A program made the position numbers and the translations under genes. Source: Eledone cirrhosa (taxonomy: Eukaryota). From it: DNA of 64,000 nucleotides. Within the stretch, counting starts at the first letter, position 1, and every line of letters begins with the position of its first letter. The stretch spans positions 55,614,001 to 55,678,000 of the forward strand of contig OZ024743.1 of assembly GCA_964016885.1 (NCBI GenBank), given 5' to 3'. Positions 1 through 9,018 of the stretch are shown piece by piece. The notes under the pieces were generated by a model. The model made no database searches. It was not told the origin of the DNA and saw only the letters and a list, made by a program, of their open reading frames with translations.

Positions 1-525
1 TGCTTATGAAGTCTACGTTGACTGTACAAATCACAAAGTTGTTGTCTGTATAGTCAACTACATTAAAATCTGAATAATCTATGCTAACCATATTTACGTC
101 CATGGAGAATACTCTATCCAGATCGTATCTGGATAACCCGATGTGGTTTGACAGATGGTACCAGTTAGATAGCAAGAAGTATCTGAGCAGCTTTGTGAGT
201 CGTTTGCACGTGCCTCCCCTCTCTTCTGGCTCCGCAAAGTATCAGCGTGCCTTCAAGATACCGTTCCACGCACTCACTAACAATAAAGTGCAGGTGGTTC
301 CAATAAAGGTTTCGATATGCCTGAAGACACCTAGCCATCTTGCACCAGTCGGGTCACAGACGGCCATTAGCCAGAAAGTATGACATTTGCTGTTGGTCAC
401 GCCCAGTACCACTGATTTAACATCTGGGTCAAGGAAGATGATCCGTGTCGTGAGATTCAAGCCTTTCCGAAACAACACAGTAACCCTGTCCGTCGAGCCC
501 GGGCGGCTTGGAGATGCATACATAC
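1..525 (-). mobile_element. Degenerate Tx1/L1-like non-LTR retrotransposon fragment, APE endonuclease domain (copy B; runs off the window edge)
   Basis: ORF 242..655 includes VTVLFRKG..FLDPD..VVLGV..FWLMAVCDPT..TLLLVSAWNGILKAR, a decayed form of GVAILF/GR/VYAP/LLGDFN. My translation of 148->1 gives SRYDLDRVF...VVDYTDNNFVICTVNVD, matching the SRIDR and SDH regions. Stops and lost catalytic residues indicate a dead copy. Confidence 0.75.
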
Positions 526-1550
526 GCCCCTTCCGTGGTCTGCCAGAGTTCGAATTATGGATTTGTTGCCATGTTCTGCTTCTGCTACCCGGAGCCATTG
601 AACAGCTCTTGAAGCTTGATATTTTAATACAGGCGCCCTGGCACAAACAACACATTCTTCATGTATCACTTCCAAGAAATGGTTTGGCGTCATTCTCGCC
701 GCTAGCATATTAATTGTCATGCTTCTTCTATGGATTTCTAATTCCATGTCTACTTTACTCTTTTCTGTAGCTAACTCTCACGGATACCTCTCTAATTGTT
801 CTCATTAAAATACCCACCACCTGTTGTTTACGATAAACCCCGTCAGTTCATGTTTTATTAGTTCACTGATCCGTTCCCTGAATTCTTTCTTTCCGGGCAA
901 GGAAAGACGCATTCAGTTTCCAGTAACCAGGAATCTCTCTATTAGTCTCCTTTAAGTTGACTGTACAAGTCACACATTTCTGATCCGTATATCCCACAAC
1001 CCGAAACTGTGAACACCTCACGGTGAATCTATTTGCTACTCTGATGAAAACTAAATACGACCCGCTACACATTTTCCAATTCCCCATTGGTGCATTCAGG
1101 AGATTCAGATGAAACCTAAGTGCCTAAGCAACTTTGTAAGACTTTTGCACCTGCCGGCTACCCACGCATAATTCCTGCTTGCATTCAAAATACCATTAAA
1201 TGTTATTTGGAGGACGTGTCTTGAGAGGAAATACTGTCTTCAAACCTTTTAACATCGTCTACCATACAACTTCCTTCATCATAGACATCAGGCAGAGCAA
1301 GACCACCCGCTCTTCCTTGTCAACGAATGGCTGTCATTCGATCTTCTTGGTAGACCTAAAGGGACACCAGAGTCACGCATATTGTTTAGACTTACATCGC
1401 ATCCGAGTGTTCCAGTTGTTGGATCAACAGAACGTCCTTCTCATGAAATAACGTGTAAATGACTGAGATTTACACTTCTAGAGATAGGTCCAGCGTGACA
1501 TATTATCTGACAAGTCTGGGCCCTATAAATTCCACGTAGAACTCATTCTT
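526..1550 (-). mobile_element. Degenerate Tx1/L1-like retrotransposon fragment, endonuclease plus EN-RT linker (copy A)
   Basis: Minus-strand pieces read FVDKEERVVLL (~1290-1327), FNGILNA (~1180-1200), GSYLVFIR..VVGYTDQKCVTCTV..PGYWKLNASFL (ORF 863..1087; GxWKLN typically follows the EN domain in L1/Tx1), then linker-like LAAR..HEECVVCARA..GNKSIIRTL (ORF 457..747). Many frameshifts; the upper boundary is approximate. Confidence 0.72.
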
Positions 1551-1769
1551 TGCAGCTAAGAGGACAGAGCAATGGGAAATAATGTATCTTGCTCAATGAC
1601 GCAAATCGCCATCAGAAATTCAACTCATGACCTTACGATCGTGAACCGAACATCAAAAATACTTGGCTCTGTGCCTTAACCTAAAACTAGAGCCAGGAAA
1701 AAAGGAAGCTATTTTGAGACAAAGAATAACTTCTGATTAGTATACATCACTGTAGTAAGCAGTAAAGGG

Positions 1770-2050
1770 AGAGAGTCGTTGGAGCGTTCGGTTTAAAATG
1801 TCTCGATATTTGTACCGCCGCACTGCACTCCGTGTTCAAATCCCACAGCCTAAACGTTTGCCTTTCATCCTCTCGTAGTGCAGCCTAGCTTTGTCGACGT
1901 TCTTGAGGTGAGCCTTGGAAATTGATCGCTGATCTCTGATCTCTGATCTGAATCAGGCGAACAACAATCTGAGGCCAATTCACATGCAAGAAGAAGAAGA
2001 ATATCTTTCGAGGTCGATAAATAAAGTACCAGACTAGTATTGGAGTCAAT
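1770..2050 (+). mobile_element. tRNA-derived SINE relic with a Meta/Sauria-like central domain, interrupted at 1876-2002
   Basis: B-box-like GTTCAAATCC at 1834-1843. TTTGCCTTTCATCCTCTCG (to 1875) joined to AGGTCGATAAATAAAGTACCAG (from 2011) rebuilds the conserved SINE motif GCCTTTCATCCTTyCGrGGTCGATAAAwwAAGTACC, which I recognise from memory. Confidence 0.65.
1876..2002 (+). mobile_element. Short nested retroposon 3' fragment with a (GAA)n tail
   Basis: 127 bp that split the SINE core, ending in CAAGAAGAAGAAGAAT. Flanked by the imperfect duplication ATCCTCTCG (1867-1875) / ATCTTTCG (2003-2010). Confidence 0.5.
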
Positions 2051-2151
2051 TCTTCCTTTCACTCTCTCTTTTAATTCGACATGGAAAGAGATGGGTTTCT
2101 GCCAGCTTTAGAATTACTATAGAAGTTAAGGGCTCTTTACTAATACTTATT

Positions 2152-2157
2152 TACTAT

Positions 2158-2211
<54 letters not shown>

Positions 2212-2300
2212 AATACCTACTATAACTACAACTACCACTACCACTACCACTACAACAACTACAGCAACTGTTACTACCACTGCTACTCCTACTACAACTG

Positions 2301-2353
<53 letters not shown>

Positions 2354-2431
2354 GCTACTACTACTACAACTACTACTACTACTACTATTACTTCTACTAC
2401 TGCAATTACTACTACTACTACTACTACAACA

Positions 2432-2462
<31 letters not shown>

Positions 2463-2531
2463 TTGTTACTACAACTACTATTACAACAACTACTACTACT
2501 ACTTCTACTACTACTACTACTACTAAAACTG

Positions 2532-2594
<63 letters not shown>

Positions 2595-2655
2595 TTACTG
2601 CTACTACTACTACAACTACTACTACTACTACTACTATTACTTCTACTACTGCAAT

Positions 2656-2709
<54 letters not shown>

Positions 2710-2713
2710 AACA

Positions 2714-2750
<37 letters not shown>

Positions 2751-2776
2751 TTGTTACTACAACTACTATTACAACA

Positions 2777-2825
<49 letters not shown>

Positions 2826-2851
2826 TTGTTACTACAACTACTATTACAACA

Positions 2852-2907
<56 letters not shown>
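2152..2907. repeat. (TAC)n trinucleotide microsatellite, ~750 bp, with recurrent interruption blocks
   Basis: Long tactactac runs with caa/att/tgc interruptions; source of the poly-Leu ORF 2463..2924. Confidence 0.97.
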
Positions 2908-3254
2908 CTAAAGCTAAAGGGTAAAAACAACCAGATGTTTAGTGTGATCATTGTTGAGTGGTTAACATACAGCAACAGTAGGAGTGTGAAGGAATGAGTG
3001 GGAGTAGACATGAAAGGGTCGAGTGATGATATGTTGGTATGAGAGATGGGGGGAGGGGTGAAGACAGAGATGAGTGATATGAGCGTGTGTGCATGTATGT
3101 ATATATATGTACGTGTATGTACGTGTATGTGTGTATATGTGTGTATATCTGTGTGTGAGCATACACGGAGTATGAGATGAAAGAAAGGAACCAGTGATGA
3201 TAGGATGGTGTTTGTGGGGTCGAAGGTAGAGAGAGATGAGTGATAGTGTGTAGG

Positions 3255-3327
3255 TATGTATATTGTATATGTGTGTATGTATATATAATTGTATGTGTGT
3301 GTATGTATATATATATATATATCTGTA

Positions 3328-3395
<68 letters not shown>

Positions 3396-3442
3396 ATATG
3401 TATGTATATATATGTATATATATATATATATATACGTATTTA

Positions 3443-3507
<65 letters not shown>

Positions 3508-3581
3508 CTATATATTTATAGATATATGTAAATATGTATATATATATATATATATATATACGCTCACATACATATATATAT
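3255..3581. repeat. (TA)n/(TATG) microsatellite
   Basis: Directly visible TA runs. Confidence 0.95.
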
Positions 3582-3598
3582 TTCCATAAACATATACA

Positions 3599-3707
<109 letters not shown>

Positions 3708-3824
3708 CTGTACGGAGTATAAGATGGAGGTTGTTAAGAGACAGGAAATGGTGAATTGAATAAACGGAGATGTTGAGTGACGTTTGAGAGACATCGGAAG
3801 GAAAACATCAAAGCTGTGTCAGTG

Positions 3825-4111
3825 ACAGAGAGAGAGAGAGAGACGGGGAGAGAGAGAGGGCGAGAGAGTCAAATAAAAGGAGATAGATAAGGACATTGAG
3901 AGAGGGGACAGACAAAGAGAGAGAGGGGGGGAGTCAAAAGTTAGACAGACACAGAAAGCAGTGCTGATGGAAAGAGGTAGAAAGCACACACAGAGAGCGA
4001 GAGAGAGATAGAATAAGAAAATGGAAAAGGAAGGAAGGAAAGAAAGAGCGAGAGAGAGAGAGCGAAGGAAAGAAAGAACGAGAGAGATAGAAGGAAAGAA
4101 AGAGAGAGAGA
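3825..4111. repeat. GA-rich low-complexity tract
   Basis: Degenerate (GA)n/(GAAA)n/(GAAG)n. Confidence 0.85.
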
Positions 4112-4172
4112 GTAAATCAAAAGTAAAACAAAACAGAAATGGCTGGTGGCTGGAGAAGTGAAGGAAAATGCT

Positions 4173-4290
4173 TGGCTGTGTGGGGTTAATGAGTTCCCTT
4201 CGTAAACATGTAGTTTCGGGTTCCATCCCGCTGCAAGGCACTGAAGAGTTTTATAAGCGAAAACTACAGAAGCTGGTCCTATACATATCA
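4173..4290 (+). mobile_element. Degenerate tRNA-derived SINE head (Pol III A and B boxes) with short body remnant
   Basis: A-box-like TGGCTGTGTGG at 4173-4183 and B-box-like GGTTCCATCCC at 4219-4229, at tRNA-like spacing, followed by CTGCAAGGCAC. No intact cloverleaf. Confidence 0.6.
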
Positions 4291-4461
4291 TAAAGAATAG
4301 CATTCTGAGACCCCTTTTGTTGAATTTTACCAGCAGATGGACTCCATTCTAATCAGATATTTTCTGGGATAAGGCATTTTATTTGTTTATTTGTTTTTTT
4401 TTAAATGTACATAACTTTTATTATGTCAATTATCTATTACAAAACGAAGTTATACAAACTG

Positions 4462-4514
4462 ACCCAGTATGGCCTCAGCCCCTCGACTGGAACGCAAATA
4501 AATGAATAAATAAA
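4462..4514 (+). mobile_element. Possible SINE 3'-end fragment with A-rich (AATA)n tail
   Basis: CCCAGTATGGCCTCAG...GACTGGAAC followed by AAATAAATGAATAAATAAA. Resembles recalled cephalopod SINE ends; short and degenerate. Confidence 0.35.
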
Positions 4515-4741
4515 CTGACAGAATTGTAAAAATAGGGTGCCATGATGGAAATATGAAAGAAAAAGATAAAAACAAAATCAAGTAATGAAAAGACGAGGGA
4601 AAGGGGTAAAGAAGAGCAGATCTGTGTCAGAGTAAAGGACTATAAATGGCATAAATGAGAGGAAAAGGAGGGAAAGAACAAGGCCTCTTGGACCACGCAA
4701 AAGTGGGCGAAAGGAAGAGAGTGATGAACTCTGTGCTAGGG

Positions 4742-4916
4742 CGGGACGGTGTTTCGGCTGCGCCCCGCGGACAAATCTGCAAAGAGATTTCCATGGACAA
4801 CTACTATAACTAGTACTGCGATAAACAACTACTATAACTAATACAGCGATAGGCCATTGTCCATGGAAATGGGACACTCGCTGCCAACACACCTCACGGG
4901 GCTCCTTCCTCAGACG
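4742..4916 (-). ncRNA. Hammerhead-ribozyme-like fold (type I, Penelope/retrozyme style) with extended stem II; possibly decayed
   Basis: Minus strand reads CTGAGGA-A-GG (4913-4904) ... CC-GAAAC-ACC-GTC (4757-4745), bracketing three nested helices, including a perfect 14-bp inverted repeat (4787-4800 / 4857-4870). Stem I is weak. Confidence 0.45.
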
Positions 4917-4973
4917 GGCTGCTGATGTTCCGATTTTGCCAAGTAGCTCGGCAATACGGCTACTAATACCTCT

Positions 4974-4974
<1 letters not shown>

Positions 4975-5031
<57 letters not shown>
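4975..5031. repeat. (GA)n microsatellite
   Basis: Pure AG run. Confidence 0.97.
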
Positions 5032-5034
<3 letters not shown>

Positions 5035-5377
5035 AAAGCTAAGGAGCAGTTAAATATTTCTGTTGTTGAATCTTTTCGTAGCCACAATTTAATGGAAGAC
5101 CTATATATTTGCTAGATCCTCGACAATATATTAAACTTCCAGTCTTGATAGTTTTTTAAAGATCAGCTTTAAAATGTCTTCTCTGTTAGACTGGTAGTTT
5201 TTTAAAGATCAGTTCTAATTTTCCTTTTCATATAATAAGCTTTTACAGTGCGATAACGGTGGAATACGTTCTTAATAATGTCCATTGTATGTATATGATA
5301 GGAAAGGGAAAGAGAAAAGAAAGGCTGCGAGAAAGAAAGACAGAGAACGAGAGTGTAAGAAATAGAGGTGGTGGTAT

Positions 5378-5379
<2 letters not shown>

Positions 5380-5470
<91 letters not shown>
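5380..5470. repeat. Compound (GT)n(GA)n microsatellite
   Basis: Directly visible. Confidence 0.96.
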
Positions 5471-5475
<5 letters not shown>

Positions 5476-5769
5476 CGAGAGAGAGATTGACATGATGCTG
5501 AAAAGAAGTGTCAGTAAGTGGAATAGAAAGAGAGCGAGAGAAAAGGAGGAGGTGAGAAAGGGTGGAGTAGAGTTAGGGCTAGGGAAAGAGAAAAACGATG
5601 AGCAGAGAGAGTCAGAGAGGAAGAGAGTGATGTAATGAAAAGATGTGTTAGTAGGTGAAAGAGAAAGAGTGTGAGTGTGTGTGAGAGAGAGAGAGAGAGG
5701 GGGTGGGGAGGGAATGACTGGCGTGATGATGAAGAGAAATGTCGGTAGGTGTAATAGAAAGAGAGAAAG

Positions 5770-6088
5770 ATATATATATATAGAGAGAGAGAGAGTGAGA
5801 GAGAGTGAGAGAGACAGTGAGAGAGAGTGTGAGAGAGAGAGTGAAAGAGTGAGTGAGAGAGAGTGTGAGAAAGAGAGAGTGAAAGAGTGAGAGAGAGCGT
5901 GAGAGAGAGAGTGAGAGAGGGAGTGAGAGAGAGGGAGAGTGAAAGAGTGAGAGAGAGCGTGAGAGAGAGAGAGTGAGAGAGAGCGTGAAATAGTGAGAGA
6001 GAGCGTGAGAGAGAGAGAGAGCGTGAGAGAGAGAGAGAGAGAGAGTGAGAGAGAGCGTGAGAGAGTGAAAGAGTGAGCGAGAGAGAGG
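5770..6088. repeat. Degenerate (GA)n tract with periodic GT/CGT interruptions
   Basis: Repeating gagagagtga / gagagagcgtga units. Confidence 0.9.
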
Positions 6089-6222
6089 TGTAAAATGTTA
6101 AGAATGAGGTTGTTGGAGGGAAGATGAAGTGGAAGTAGAGATAAAAGAGGGGGTGTGGAAGAGGTAGAGGTGGAGGTATTGAGTGAAAATGTATGAGTAG
6201 ACAGCTGGGTTAAACATCAAAG

Positions 6223-6329
6223 GTGTGTGTTACAGACGTGTTGTCAGTGTGTGTGTTACAGACGTGTTGTCAGTGTGTGTCAGTATGTGTCAGTGTATAT
6301 GTCAGTGTGTGTGTCAGTGTGTATGTCAG
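6223..6329. repeat. 26-bp tandem duplication decaying into (GTCAGTGTGT)-like repeats
   Basis: GTGTGTGTTACAGACGTGTTGTCAGT occurs twice, followed by several gtcagtrtrt units. Confidence 0.8.
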
Positions 6330-6403
6330 GTTTGGCATCAAGCAACACGTAGTCTGACAGATGACCACTTGCTTCTGTCAGCAGTAGTTTCTTTCCACTG
6401 AAC

Positions 6404-6580
6404 AGACACACACACACACACATATATCGACACACACACACACAAATGTATCGACACACACACACACACACACACGAACACATACACACAGAGACACACA
6501 CAACACTACAAACAAATATATAGACACATACACACAAATATACACACTCATCTATATATGTATATATATATATGTACATG

Positions 6581-6620
<40 letters not shown>

Positions 6621-6628
6621 GGGAGAGA

Positions 6629-6681
<53 letters not shown>

Positions 6682-6722
6682 GGAGAGGGAGAGAGAGAGA
6701 TAAATAGATAGATAGATAGATA
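6404..6722. repeat. Compound (CA)n-(TA)n-(GA)n-(GATA)n microsatellite cluster
   Basis: Successive simple-repeat runs. Confidence 0.93.
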
Positions 6723-6869
6723 TGTGTCTTGGTTCTGTCAGTACCAAATTTCAAATGAACAAACAACACCACATGCACATATACATACAAACCCACATCC
6801 TCCTCTCTCTCTACACACACACCATATGGAACATGTACACGCACATATATATACTTTTGCGCACACATA

Positions 6870-6955
6870 CATCTGAGAACTGACCGGTCTGTGACATCAT
6901 GTCCAACCTTTGCTAGCAGGGAAAACAGGCGTTAAACGTTGTTGATGATGATGAT
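6870..6955 (+). mobile_element. Probable 3' terminus of a second LINE/SINE with a (GAT)n tail
   Basis: GTCCAACCTTTGCTAGCAGGGAAAACAGGCGTTAAACG followed by TTGTTGATGATGATGAT. Resembles a recalled abundant Octopus retroposon 3' end; not verified. Confidence 0.5.
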
Positions 6956-6971
6956 ATATATATATATATAT

Positions 6972-7955
6972 CTTAGTCTTAGATTCTTCCGCGCCGTTCG
7001 GCACATCGAGCAGTAAGTACTCGCCAACGGTCACGATCAGCGGCAACCTTTTCGAGACCGTGCCAGGTGATGTTGGCTGCCATCAGGTCCTTCCCGAACG
7101 TCCGTCGCCAGGTGATCCTTGGGCAACCCCGCCTCCGTTTACCGCCAGGCGGAGTCCAGTTCATCGCTGTTTTCGAATGCCGTTCATTTGGCAGACGCAG
7201 AATATGGCCAGCCAGACGGCACCGACGCTCCATGACCACTCTCTGTAGCGTCCACGACTCGGCTCTCCACAGGATCTCCTCGTTTCGCACTCGGTCGCGC
7301 CAGGACACACGAAGGATCTTTCGCAGGCACCGCTGGTGGAAAGCGTTCAGCCGTCTCTCTATTTTTGCCGTACTCTTCCAGGTCTCGCTCGCATAAAGCA
7401 CTGTCGGCAGCACGATGCTCTTGTACAGGCGGAGCTTGGTCTTGGTGCTAATGCATGAAGACGACCAGACTGGGCACAGCCGCTGGAAAACTGCGGCTCC
7501 TTTGCCGATCCGACAGTTGATGTCGAGCTCCGCGTCGCCGCTGCTTGTCAGGATGCTGCCTAGATAGGTGAAGTGATCGACTTCCTCGAGGTCCTGTTGG
7601 TTGACTCTGATCACTGGACCTGTGTTGCTGGCCGTTCTCATGACCGTGGTCTTTTTGGTGTTGATTCTCAGGCCGATCTTTTCCGCACTCTCTTGTAGGG
7701 ATGTTGTTAGGGCCTGCAGATCTGCACTGTTTTCAGCGATCAAAGCGATGTCGTCGGCGAATGCCAGGTCCCTCAGCCTCGACTGCCCTCTCCATGGGAT
7801 TCCTCGACCATGTCTTTCATCCATTCGCCTTAGTACGAAATCGGTGAGAGAATGCAACCCTGTCTGATTCCGGAGACAATGTCAAAGAACTCCGTCAGAC
7901 CGGACTCAGTCCGCACGCAGCAGCTGCAGTTTTCATACAGGGCCTTGAAAATATA
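6972..7955 (-). mobile_element. 5'-truncated RTE-clade LINE: C-terminal reverse transcriptase and downstream domain, with one frameshift near 7845
   Basis: Motifs FKALYENCSCCVRT..GIRQGCILSP (ORF 7830..8309 frame), then DLAFADDIAL, GLRINTKKT, FTYLGS, LYASETW, CLRKIL, LAGHILR, GKRRRGCPRITW and DRDRWR (ORF 6979..7857). GC-rich against AT-rich flanks. Ends in (CTAAGA)2 overlapping the stop codon. Confidence 0.93.
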
Positions 7956-7980
7956 TATAACGAAAGAGTTGTATATACAC

Positions 7981-7996
7981 ATATATATATATATAG

Positions 7997-8075
<79 letters not shown>

Positions 8076-8181
8076 TGAGGGAGAGAGAGAGAGAGGGAAG
8101 TGAGAGAGATTGAGAGAGAAAGAGAGAGGAGTACACTGAGACAAAGAGATAGACACACACACAGATAGACAGAGAGGAGTA

Positions 8182-8257
<76 letters not shown>

Positions 8258-8280
8258 CGCGCGTGCGTCTATGTGTGTGT
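7981..8280. repeat. Compound (TA)n-(GA)n ... (TG)n(CG)n microsatellites
   Basis: TA 7981-8039, GA 8040-8070, TG ~8188-8249, followed directly by about 7 CG units. Confidence 0.95.
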
Positions 8281-8418
8281 GACACGACACCAACACTTGG
8301 CCTCAGCAATTAATTCTGAAATTCTTCACTGAAGCCAATTTAGACAATATAATCACTAAACATTCTCCAGTTAATCAATCATACATTAGCCTTCGCTTTG
8401 TTACGGGCAAAGCAGACG

Positions 8419-8673
8419 ATGGTGGGTGTAATGGCGGTGTTTCCGGTGAAAAGGGAGGTAATGCGTTGGCGAGGATGAGTGTGGATAGGCGTGAACGTGA
8501 GTTGGAGCATCAGAGTGAACTTTGAGTGAGGTGACTGTTATGTCAGGTAAGCGTGAGAATGGGTGAGTTGATCGTTGTGCTTCTGTTATGGTGGGGGGTA
8601 ATATTGGTGTTTCCGGTGAAAAGGGAGGTAATGCATTGGCGAGGATGAGCGTGTGGATAGGCCTGAACGTGAG
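8419..8673. repeat. Two imperfect ~80-bp direct repeats, offset ~170 bp
   Basis: GGTGTTTCCGGTGAAAAGGGAGGTAATGCrTTGGCGAGGATGAG..TGTGGATAGGCsTGAACGTGAG starts at 8436 and again at 8606. Confidence 0.9.
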
Positions 8674-8697
8674 CTTCAACGTGGGAGTGAACGTAAA

Positions 8698-8987
8698 GGT
8701 GGTGGTGCTGGTGGTGGTGCTGGTGTTGTTGTTGTTGTTTGTGGAGGTGGTGGTGCTGCTGGTGGTGGAGGTGGTGGTGGTGCTGGTGGTGGTGGTGGTG
8801 CTGGTGCTGGTGCTGGTGGTGCTGCTCGTGTTGGTGCTGGTGTTGTTGTTGTTGTTTGTGGTGGTGGTGGTGCTGCTGGTGGTGGTGGTGGTGGTGGTGC
8901 TGGTGCTGGTGGTGCTGCTCGTGTTGGTGCTGGTGTTGTTGTTGTTGTTTGTGGTGGTGGTGCTGCTGGTGGTGGTGGTGGTGGTGG

Positions 8988-9018
<31 letters not shown>

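Noticed and set aside
2463-2924. Poly-Leu 153-aa ORF
   Set aside because: Translation of the (TAC)n microsatellite.
4173-4245. Functional tRNA gene
   Set aside because: A- and B-box-like motifs are present, but I cannot form an acceptor stem or anticodon arm; better explained as a SINE head.
5149-5212. 18-bp direct repeat TAGTTTTTTAAAGATCAG (5149 and 5195)
   Set aside because: Real but short and AT-rich, with only 28 bp between copies; probably a local duplication with no evidence of function.
7060-8040. Plus-strand ORFs overlapping the RTE element
   Set aside because: Antisense shadows of a GC-rich reverse transcriptase coding region.
8188-8265. Z-DNA-prone (TG)n(CG)7 tract as a regulatory element
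   Set aside because: A common compound microsatellite in such genomes, with no nearby gene to link it to.
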